Source: Candidatus Poribacteria bacterium (GTDB taxonomy: Bacteria > Poribacteria > WGA-4E > WGA-3G). From it: DNA of 64,000 nucleotides. The translations under genes and the position numbers were made by a program. The stretch covers positions 2,944,001 to 3,008,000 of the forward strand of contig OZ251518.1 in the NCBI GenBank assembly GCA_965242965.1, written 5' to 3'. Positions 48,557 to 56,635 of the stretch are shown here, in pieces (positions within the stretch are counted from its first letter, which is position 1; the number at the start of each line of letters is the position of its first letter). The notes beneath the pieces were generated by a model. The model made no database searches and was not told where the DNA came from. It saw only the letters and a list, made by a program, of their open reading frames with translations.

Positions 48557-48966
48557 TTGATTCTGTCCCAATGCCATGCGCCGCCTTGTGCGACACCCCA
48601 GCGGAACTCGGTATTCTGCGTCTGTTGCGCGTCTTCGTCCGGGTCGGCGGGTTGCCATGTTACCCAAAAGGAATCGCTATTGCCATCCCACGCGGTAACA
48701 TGTCCCCAAAGTGCGTACTTGCCGGGCTCGGGAATGTTGACGATAAATTCTGCATAACCGGTTCCCCCGCCGCCGGTGGCAGGTGCGCCTTCCATCCAGA
48801 TGAATTTTCCATCGGACGCAGTCTTTTCTTCGTCAATAATCATCGGTTCTGCAATCTCGTCTGCCAGTTCAGCTTCCAGAGCGATTTCGATATCGGCACC
48901 GAAGCCGGTTGCAACACCGACGAACATCGGCAGGAGGAGTAGCAGAAAAAATATCCGGTATTGCAT
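48292..48966 (-). CDS. Secreted beta-sandwich (CBM-like) protein with TTWGxLK tail
   Basis: Signal peptide, LEAE, G.Y.LWG, NSDSFWV, REDAT.LD; tail AVDAKGKAATTWGSLKKAYR. Confidence 0.8.
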   Translation of the reverse strand: MQYRIFFLLLLLPMFVGVATGFGADIEIALEAELADEIAEPMIIDEEKTASDGKFIWMEGAPATGGGGTGYAEFIVNIPEPGKYALWGHVTAWDGNSDSFWVTWQPADPDEDAQQTQNTEFRWGVAQGGAWHWDRINHWLDGGTFEREWKFAKAGETTLRIAVREDATMLDALFVTSNVKATAEDAANVRLPTDKDRKIQIEGLAVDAKGKAATTWGSLKKAYR

Positions 48967-49040
48967 AAGAGTCTCCTATTTGTAAAGAGGCCGATAGGCG
49001 TGCGTGTGAACACACGCACGCCTACGGGAAGATACGGCAG

Positions 49041-49688
49041 TTACCGTGCCTGTTTCAGTTTTCCCCACGTCGTGGCGAGTTTATCTTGCGGTTCGACCGG
49101 CGTGAGGGAGTCTTCGGGGCCCGGGTCCCGCGGTCCTACTTCTGCTTCATCTTCGGAGAGGTTATCCGTGATGAAAATGACATCTAACTTCGTTGCATCT
49201 TCGCGGACAGCGATGCGGAGAGTGGTTTCGCCGCCGGGTTGTTCCCATTCCCGTTCAAACGTTCCGCCGTCTAACCAGTGATTAATCCTGTCCCATTGCC
49301 ACTCTGCGCTTTGTGCGACACCCCAGCGGAACTCGGTATTTTGGGTTTCCTGCGCGTTTTCGTCCGGATCAGCGGGTTGCCACGTTACCCAGAACGAATC
49401 GCTATTGCCATCTTCGGCGATGACTTTTCCCCAAAGCGCGTAAGTGCCAGCCGGGACGTTGAGTTTGTATTCCACCCAGCCTTCACCACCGCCGCCGGTT
49501 GCAGGCGGGCCTTCCATCCACACATATTGTCCGCCGGAGGCATCTGCATCGTCAGCAACTATCATCGGTGCTTCGACGGCATCCGCCATTTCCGCTTCAA
49601 TTGCCCAATCAAAACCGTAGCTAAGCCCGCTAGTGAGCAGGATACCGGTGATGAAGAGCATCCCAAATATGAACGTTCTATACTGCAT
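49041..49688 (-). CDS. Paralog of 48292-48966 with TTWGxLK tail
   Basis: Near-identical core segments; tail PVEPQDKLATTWGKLKQAR. Confidence 0.8.
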   Translation of the reverse strand: MQYRTFIFGMLFITGILLTSGLSYGFDWAIEAEMADAVEAPMIVADDADASGGQYVWMEGPPATGGGGEGWVEYKLNVPAGTYALWGKVIAEDGNSDSFWVTWQPADPDENAQETQNTEFRWGVAQSAEWQWDRINHWLDGGTFEREWEQPGGETTLRIAVREDATKLDVIFITDNLSEDEAEVGPRDPGPEDSLTPVEPQDKLATTWGKLKQAR

Positions 49689-49710
49689 CAAAATATCTCC
49701 TTTGTGTTAT

Positions 49711-50679
49711 CTATTGCGGGGCTCTAATCTTGCCCCACTGCCGAATTTGGAGAGGTGGTCCAAGCTGTTGACTGCTGTTTCCACCTGCACTGTTGATTCG
49801 CAGTGCCTCCGAATTGTTAGGTTTCCATTTCGGTTGCGCCGCCCATGCAGCGTTGTCAATGAGTTCCCGGCGTTCGCTGCCATCCGCCTTCATGAGATGG
49901 ACAACCCATCTGCCGTCCTTTTCAAACTGAAACGCAAGGTAGTTCCCCTCGGCAGACCAGGCAGGAACGGCTTCGTCTGTCGGCGTGTCAGTGAGGGGTG
50001 TCTTGTCGCGCCCATCGGTGTCCATCGTCCAAAGATCGAAGTCAATACCCCGCATGGAGGCATACACGATGTGTTCACCGTCGGGTGCCCACGCCGGATA
50101 GACATCCATTAACGGCTGATGTGTCAACCGCTGTTCCATTCGGTTGTTGACATCTATCACGTAAATATCCCAATTGAGTCCCCGTTTTGAATGGAAAACG
50201 AGTCGGTTTCCATCGGGGGACCAGGTTGGCACCTCGTCTTTGAACGGGTTTTCGGTGAGGCTGACGACTTCGCCGCTTTTGAGATGCAGCAGGTAGATGT
50301 CAAAATGCCCCTTCCGATTGGACGTGAAGGCGAGGTGTTCGCCATCGGGTGCCCAAGCGGGTGCCTTATCGGTTGCAGGGTGATGCGTCACACGTCTCTG
50401 ATTTGTGCCATCGGCGTGCATCACGTAGAGTTCGTGGTTGGCATCGCGCCGTGAGAAAAAGGCGAGCTGCGTGCCATCAGGTGCCCAACTCGGATAGTAA
50501 TCCGCATCCGGATGATTCGTGAGATTGACAGGGGGCGCGCCCATTGAGTCTGTCAGGTATATGTCCCAATCGCCGTTCACATCCGACGCGAACGCGAGGG
50601 GAACAGGCGGTATCGGTTGTCCTGAAGTGTTATCGATAGCAAACACGAGACTCAACAAGCATATTAGCAAAATTCGCAT
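49711..50679 (-). CDS. TolB-like PD40 beta-propeller protein
   Basis: P.W(A/S)PDG..L.F repeats; degenerate tail QWGKIR. Confidence 0.85.
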   Translation of the reverse strand: MRILLICLLSLVFAIDNTSGQPIPPVPLAFASDVNGDWDIYLTDSMGAPPVNLTNHPDADYYPSWAPDGTQLAFFSRRDANHELYVMHADGTNQRRVTHHPATDKAPAWAPDGEHLAFTSNRKGHFDIYLLHLKSGEVVSLTENPFKDEVPTWSPDGNRLVFHSKRGLNWDIYVIDVNNRMEQRLTHQPLMDVYPAWAPDGEHIVYASMRGIDFDLWTMDTDGRDKTPLTDTPTDEAVPAWSAEGNYLAFQFEKDGRWVVHLMKADGSERRELIDNAAWAAQPKWKPNNSEALRINSAGGNSSQQLGPPLQIRQWGKIRAPQ

Positions 50680-50689
50680 TTTTTGTCAA

Positions 50690-51472
50690 TCAATATGCAG
50701 CCTTGATGCCTGCCCAGGTCGTGCTCAATTTCGCCCCCGGGTCTACGGCAAACAGCACGCCTCGGTTCATGTCGGCGTTAATTTCAGCCTCTGTCAAGGC
50801 GCGCGTATAGAAGGCGAACTCATCAATAAAGCCGTTGAGATGCTGGATGTCCGCTTCGTTGTCCTTGCCGAGGACGATAGCACCCGCCGGCGAAGGGAAG
50901 ATAACGAATTTTCCACTCCACGCATCCTCACTCACGACTTTGCCGTTGAAATAGGACTTCTGGACTTTGCCATCATAGGTGCCGGCGATATGCACCCACT
51001 TTTTGGTGGGCAATTCGGGAATCGGTGTCCGATGTTCGGTGCCTTTCGTGTCGTATATGTAAAACACCATATCGGCACTACCTTCGATGAAAGTCTCTGC
51101 GGGCCAAGCACCAGCGGCGTTTAACGACTCCCAAATCTGCTGTGTATCGCCGGTTATCGCGCTGAGCATTACCCAATGTTCCACAGTCATCGCCGTTAAT
51201 TCACCATCGGTGAGCCCGGGGATTTCCGGTGGGCTTTTGACAGCACTGCTCGCGCCATCGAATTCCATCGCCCCGCCGAACTTACCGTCTTTGCTCCAAT
51301 CCGCTGCAGAGATTTCGGCATCGAACCCGTTCCCGCTGTCGTCTGCCACCTCTTTTTCATCTTTGTCAAAGGAGTAGTAGAGAACCAGGTCTGCGTCATT
51401 GCGAATCGCATCGCTGTGCCTCCCCATCGCGAGCATCGCGACGATGATAAGCCAAAATAACAGTCTTTTCAT
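50690..51472 (-). CDS. LamG-like jelly-roll protein with TTW tail
   Basis: LVLYYSFD, D.SGNG, GKFGGA, WVHIAGTYDG, G.IDE...Y.RAL; tail AVDPGAKLSTTWAGIK. Confidence 0.88.
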   Translation of the reverse strand: MKRLLFWLIIVAMLAMGRHSDAIRNDADLVLYYSFDKDEKEVADDSGNGFDAEISAADWSKDGKFGGAMEFDGASSAVKSPPEIPGLTDGELTAMTVEHWVMLSAITGDTQQIWESLNAAGAWPAETFIEGSADMVFYIYDTKGTEHRTPIPELPTKKWVHIAGTYDGKVQKSYFNGKVVSEDAWSGKFVIFPSPAGAIVLGKDNEADIQHLNGFIDEFAFYTRALTEAEINADMNRGVLFAVDPGAKLSTTWAGIKAAY

Positions 51473-51586
51473 GAGAATCTCTCCTTTTTTCTTGCAAACT
51501 TCGCGTTAAAATGATATAACATTATAGCAGCGGATGAAAAAATATGCAATAACCGAAACGAACTCTTCTCAGCGAGGTATCTCATC

Positions 51587-52192
51587 ATGACGTATAGGAA
51601 TTGGACCTTAGGAACAGTGCGGAAAGAGTTTGAGCTTGCAACAGTTCAGGCGCGAGGCATCTTTGCTGAAACCGAGCCGGTGGCACCGAGCGCAGACCTC
51701 GCCAAAGCACTGGCAAAAAAGACACCGTTAGCCTTCGCTATCGGGACGGAGAAGGCGAAATCCGAACTAATTGTCGCCGATGTGCTCGTTGAACTCCGCG
51801 AACACTTCAAGCAGCGCATAAGTCTCTTTTCGGGGATTGACTTCAACGTAGATATGGACAACGGCTTGGCCGGTGTCTGCGATTTTTTGATAAGCCTGTC
51901 GCCAGCTCAGTTTTCTATGGAGGCACCTGTCATCGTCCTTGTAGAGGCGAAAAGAGATAATTTGACAGAAGGGCTCGGACAGTGCGCTGCGGAGATGGTG
52001 GCGGCGCAACGCTTCAACGCCGAAGAAGGGAATGACATTCCTCGCGTTTATGGCGGTATCACATCAGGCCTAAATTGGCTCTTCCTGAAATTGGAGGGGC
52101 AGCAACTTCACATTGACATGAACGCCTACCAACTCTCGCAGTGCGACAAAGTTCTAGGTATCCTCGCCAGCATGGTAGAACAAACGGCGTGA
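51587..52192 (+). CDS. PD-(D/E)XK restriction-endonuclease-fold protein, copy 1
   Basis: EKAKSE, GVCDFL, VEAK, GQC.AEM. Confidence 0.8.
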   Translation: MTYRNWTLGTVRKEFELATVQARGIFAETEPVAPSADLAKALAKKTPLAFAIGTEKAKSELIVADVLVELREHFKQRISLFSGIDFNVDMDNGLAGVCDFLISLSPAQFSMEAPVIVLVEAKRDNLTEGLGQCAAEMVAAQRFNAEEGNDIPRVYGGITSGLNWLFLKLEGQQLHIDMNAYQLSQCDKVLGILASMVEQTA

Positions 52193-52287
52193 GATGTGTC
52201 ACAATCCTAACGGACGGCGCGCCTGTCATCCCAACAAAGACCGGGCCCGACATCGTTGCGCAAACTCTTCTCACGGAGGAACTCATC

Positions 52288-52893
52288 ATGGCGTATAGCA
52301 ATTGGACTTTGGATACGGTGCGAGAAGCATTTCACCTTGAAGAAATTGATGTCGCAGGACTTTTCGCTGACTGTGAGCCTGTGAACCCGAGTGAACTTCT
52401 TGTGATGACGTTGGAGCGGAATGTGCCGTTAGCTACCACTATCGGTTCAGAGAAGGCGAAATCCGAACTGATTATTGTGAATGTGCTGATTGAACTTCGA
52501 GAGCACTTTGAGCAGCGCATAAGTCTCTTTTCGGGGATTGACTTCAACGTAGATATGGACAACGGCTTGGCCGGTGTCTGCGATTTTTTAATCAGCCTGT
52601 CGCCGCGGCAATTTTCTTTGGAGGCTCCTATCATCGTCCTTGTTGAAGCAAAAAACGATAACCTTGAAGCCGGGCTTGGGCAATGTGTCACAGAAATGGT
52701 AGCCGCGCAACGCTTTAATGCCCAAAACGGAAATGAGATTCCTTGCGTTTATGGGGCCACCACGACAGGCGTGACGTGGCGATTCCTCAAATTGGAGGGA
52801 GAGAAACTCTACATGGATATGGGAGTCTACACACTTGACAGGTGTGACAAACTCCTCGGCATTCTCGTCAGTATGGTAGAACAAACGGCGTGA
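52288..52893 (+). CDS. PD-(D/E)XK-fold protein, copy 2
   Basis: 201-aa paralog, GGAGG RBS. Confidence 0.8.
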   Translation: MAYSNWTLDTVREAFHLEEIDVAGLFADCEPVNPSELLVMTLERNVPLATTIGSEKAKSELIIVNVLIELREHFEQRISLFSGIDFNVDMDNGLAGVCDFLISLSPRQFSLEAPIIVLVEAKNDNLEAGLGQCVTEMVAAQRFNAQNGNEIPCVYGATTTGVTWRFLKLEGEKLYMDMGVYTLDRCDKLLGILVSMVEQTA

Positions 52894-52988
52894 GATGTGT
52901 CACAATCCTAACGGACGGCGCGCCTGTCATCCCAACAAAGACCGGGCCCGACATCGTTGCGCGAACTCTTCACACGGAGGAACTCATC

Positions 52989-53594
52989 ATGGCGTATAGC
53001 AATTGGACTTTGGATACGGTGCGGGAAGCATTTCACCTTGAAGAACTTGATTTTCAAGGCATCTTTGCCGACATTGAACCAGTTGAACCGAGCGCAGAAC
53101 TTACCAAGGCGTTAGCGAAAAAAGCACCGTTAGCTGTCGCTATCGGAACAGAGAAGGCGAAATCCGAACTGATTGTCGCCGATGTGCTCGTTGAACTCCG
53201 CGAACACTTCAACCGGCGTATCAGTCTCTTTTCAGGGATTGACTTTACCGTTGAGCCCGCAAACGATTTGAACGGCGTATGCGATTTTTTGATCAGTTTG
53301 TCCCCACGGCAATTCTCTTTGGAAGCTCCAGTCATTGTCCTTGTAGAGGCGAAAGACGATAATCTGGAGATGGGGCTTGGGCAGTGTGTTGCGGAGATGG
53401 TGGCGGCGCAACGCTTCAACGCGGAAAAAGGGAATGACATTCCTCGCGTTTATGGAGCCACGACGACAGGGATACTCTGGCTTTTCCTGAAATTGGAGGG
53501 GCAGCAACTCCACATTGACATGAACGCCTATCAAATTTCGCAGTGCGACAAAGTTCTGGGTATCCTCGCCAGCATGGTAGAACAAACGGCGTGA
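52989..53594 (+). CDS. PD-(D/E)XK-fold protein, copy 3
   Basis: 201-aa paralog, same spacer and RBS as copy 2. Confidence 0.8.
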   Translation: MAYSNWTLDTVREAFHLEELDFQGIFADIEPVEPSAELTKALAKKAPLAVAIGTEKAKSELIVADVLVELREHFNRRISLFSGIDFTVEPANDLNGVCDFLISLSPRQFSLEAPVIVLVEAKDDNLEMGLGQCVAEMVAAQRFNAEKGNDIPRVYGATTTGILWLFLKLEGQQLHIDMNAYQISQCDKVLGILASMVEQTA

Positions 53595-53616
53595 GGTATC
53601 TTTGAGAGGACTCACG

Positions 53617-55176
53617 ATGACAATTTTCTCAAAACCGACATGGCTCCTAGGCGCGCTCATTATCGCCTATCTGCTACCGATCTGGCTCTTCCCCTATTTC
53701 CCAACCCAGGACGGCGTGAGCCACGTCTATAACTCGCAGATTTTAACCGAATACCGCAATCCCGACTACGAATTCCGCGCCTATTACGAGATTAATGGGT
53801 ATCCGTTCCCGAACTGGCTATCGCATTTCGCGTTAGCGATGCTGATGTTTGTCTTCCCACCGCTCATCGCAGAAAAGGTGTTTCTGAGCCTCTACGTTAT
53901 CTTTTTCCCGCTGGCGATGCGCTATTTTCTCAATGCCGTGCAGTCGGGACGGCACTCGCTGGTAATCCTCAGTTTCACCTTTATCTACAACTACCTCCTT
54001 TTGATGGGGTTCTATAACTTCGCCGTGAGTGTGCCGCTCTTCTTCCTTACCCTGGGGTATTGGTATCGACATCGGGACGCGCTGAATGTCAAACGCGCAG
54101 TGTTGCTGAACCTGCTCATCGTCATCACCTATTTTGCGCACCTCATTTCCTATGCGTTCAGTTTGTTCTCAATCGCGCTGTTATCCGTGCTTCATTTTTA
54201 CCGCGTATCCGAACAGGGAGAACCCGCCTCTCGGTTTAGGCAAGCCTTGCGCCCGGTTCTCCGGACAGGGCTCTCTGTCTTACCCGCAGCACTGCTGTTG
54301 CTTGTCTACCTTCCAACATCAGATTTGTTGGCAGGCGAGCCCCCGGAATTCGGACTGAGCCGCGTTGGTGAATTGTTGGATAACCTCCTCGGATTGAAAG
54401 TGCTAATCGCCTTTAACGAAGCGCAGGGACTGATTGCTTACGCTGTCGTCGCCATTCTGATTTTTCTTGCCGTGTGGACATTTTGGAAAAATTGGGAAAA
54501 TAGGAAAACCCCTCCTGTGAATGCCCGCAGTGCCTTCCTCATCCTATTCGGTGTGCTTTTCGGGTTGTATCTCATCTTGCCGAATTCCATTGGACCGGGG
54601 GGTTGGGTAAACGATAGACTCGCCATTCTCGCCACACTGACGCTATTCGCGTGGTTTCGTGAAAGTGATAAACCGCGGTGGCGACGCGTTTTTACCGGCA
54701 TCGTGACACTTCTCGCCTTGGTAAACGTGCTTTATATTGGGGTGCTTTGCAAAAATCTCAACGCCGAATTGCGGGAATTCAACGCCTTTGTTGGGAAGGT
54801 AGAGAAAAACAGCGTTATCCTGCCGCTCCATTTTGAGCCGAGGGGCAGTTCCCTCAAAGTCGGCATCTTCGTCAATGCCGCGAACTACTACTGTCTTGAC
54901 AACGGGGGCATTAACCTCGGCAACTACGAAGTGCAGTTTGACTATTTCCCAATTCGCTTCAACGCCGATTTTGAGACACCCATACCAGAGAAGGAGTGGG
55001 TGCAAATCGTCCATTGGCATCCCGAGGAAATTGATTTGTGCGGGTATGCCGACAACGTTGATTATCTCCTGTTGTGGGGCACCCCAGATGAACCTGTCGT
55101 CGCGGCCGCGATTGAGGCGTGTTATACCTTGATAGCCGCCGAAGGCAAGTTGAAATTATTCAGAGGAACCCGATGA
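53617..55176 (+). CDS. Polytopic membrane protein, GT-C glycosyltransferase-like
   Basis: PTQDG.SH loop after TM1, GFYNF, about 11 TM, C-terminal soluble domain. Confidence 0.6.
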   Translation: MTIFSKPTWLLGALIIAYLLPIWLFPYFPTQDGVSHVYNSQILTEYRNPDYEFRAYYEINGYPFPNWLSHFALAMLMFVFPPLIAEKVFLSLYVIFFPLAMRYFLNAVQSGRHSLVILSFTFIYNYLLLMGFYNFAVSVPLFFLTLGYWYRHRDALNVKRAVLLNLLIVITYFAHLISYAFSLFSIALLSVLHFYRVSEQGEPASRFRQALRPVLRTGLSVLPAALLLLVYLPTSDLLAGEPPEFGLSRVGELLDNLLGLKVLIAFNEAQGLIAYAVVAILIFLAVWTFWKNWENRKTPPVNARSAFLILFGVLFGLYLILPNSIGPGGWVNDRLAILATLTLFAWFRESDKPRWRRVFTGIVTLLALVNVLYIGVLCKNLNAELREFNAFVGKVEKNSVILPLHFEPRGSSLKVGIFVNAANYYCLDNGGINLGNYEVQFDYFPIRFNADFETPIPEKEWVQIVHWHPEEIDLCGYADNVDYLLLWGTPDEPVVAAAIEACYTLIAAEGKLKLFRGTR

Positions 55177-56426
55177 AAAACATATCGTTCTACAAACGCC
55201 GCAAACTGAACAGCGTGTTACCCGCACGCCGTTTCTTACATATCGCTTTTTGCATAAGCATGCTCATTGTAGGTGCCCCCTTCTTGGCAGAGGCGCAATT
55301 CCAGAGTGAATTCGGGCAAAACCTCCTAGAAAAAAGGGAGGAAACTGCCGAGGCGGAGCGAGCAGAACTCACAATTGATTATCACTTCTCCAACACATTC
55401 AACAATCACATTGAACTCGGGCTAAGCGTCGATCCTTACACGAGCAGCCTCGCCGGACAAGAGAGTCCACAGTTGGAAGGGCTCATCCAGCGCGCCGGTG
55501 TTAACTTACGCGGCGAATTGCCCATAGCGAACAGTTTCCGAATCAACCTGCAATACGCGCCGCAAATCGAAAACTATACCGGTGCCCAAGGAAAACTGGA
55601 CGAATTTGACGCTTTCAACGATGCCTTCTTGACAGAGTTCAGTTTCCTACCGGCGGAAGGGTTACCACCCATCGTCGCCTCGCATCAGTTTCAACGCTTG
55701 GCGCGGACATCGCCTGTTTACAACAACACCGAAAGGCAATTCGGACTTCGGTTCGGACGCGTGCTGGAATATCAGCTGCGCATCCACCGCTTTGACGATG
55801 AAAGTTCCCTCCGAGAAGACTTTCTGCTCATCGGTTCAACCATGCACAAAAGCACCGCCCGACTGCAATTCAGTTTGCCAAGACAGATGCTTGTCAAAAC
55901 CGAATACGGACTGGAGTACGGAAGTTACCAAACTAACTTGAACAACCTCATTTTAGGCGTTACCGGACTTGCAGATGACGAACGCCGGCGCGATTGGCGG
56001 CATTACGGTTCGGCGAAGGTGCTACAAGTAGCAGCAGAACGCCTCGTTTTTCAGGAAGAATTCAACCTCTTTCTGAACCGTTCCAACGTCAATTTCTTCA
56101 ATTTCGCCAGTGCCGAAGCCGCGCTAAGCGCGTTTTATCGGGTGGATACCGCGCGATGGTTTCGGCTGCGGTTCTCTCGGCTGTGGTTGCGATTTGAAGA
56201 TAGACAGATTCGCGATGAAACTGGGCTGAGTCCAGAAAACGCGCCGAACCGCAGCGATACGCAATTCGGCGTGATGGCACAAGCGAATTGGCAATTCCGT
56301 TCCTATCTCACCTTGAATGCCGAGTATCAGTTCACACAAAACCGCACAAATGAGGAAGACTTGCTGCTGGATTTCCTCAACTATCAGCATCATGTCGTGA
56401 GTGTGACGTTTCGGGGGAATTATTGA
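55173..56426 (+). CDS. Putative outer-membrane beta-barrel protein
   Basis: Signal peptide, alternating amphipathic strands, aromatic C-terminus; ATGA overlap with the upstream gene. Confidence 0.6.
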   Translation: MKNISFYKRRKLNSVLPARRFLHIAFCISMLIVGAPFLAEAQFQSEFGQNLLEKREETAEAERAELTIDYHFSNTFNNHIELGLSVDPYTSSLAGQESPQLEGLIQRAGVNLRGELPIANSFRINLQYAPQIENYTGAQGKLDEFDAFNDAFLTEFSFLPAEGLPPIVASHQFQRLARTSPVYNNTERQFGLRFGRVLEYQLRIHRFDDESSLREDFLLIGSTMHKSTARLQFSLPRQMLVKTEYGLEYGSYQTNLNNLILGVTGLADDERRRDWRHYGSAKVLQVAAERLVFQEEFNLFLNRSNVNFFNFASAEAALSAFYRVDTARWFRLRFSRLWLRFEDRQIRDETGLSPENAPNRSDTQFGVMAQANWQFRSYLTLNAEYQFTQNRTNEEDLLLDFLNYQHHVVSVTFRGNY

Positions 56427-56551
56427 AGACGCTATCGCTTTTTCTATGCGCGAGGGCCTGTCCCGCGTGGGCACCCGAATCGAGACAGGGAGGGCTCTCC
56501 TACCCAGGGCAGCGGAGAATTGAATGGTTCTGGAGCAAATCCTAATTTCAC

Positions 56552-56581
56552 TTGCAATGTTTATGAAAATTATGATACAAT
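56552..56581 (+). promoter_or_regulatory. Putative glnE promoter
   Basis: TTGCAA-18-TACAAT in an AT-rich stretch. Confidence 0.45.
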
Positions 56582-56635
56582 AAATTAATTCTAACCGATG
56601 TTAGACACCGCGCGCAACGCGGAAAGGAACAGAAC

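Noticed and set aside
52193-52287. Triplet spacer as an attC site
   Set aside because: The TAAC and GTT boxes do not form complementary RYYYAAC/GTTRRRY cores; no integrase.
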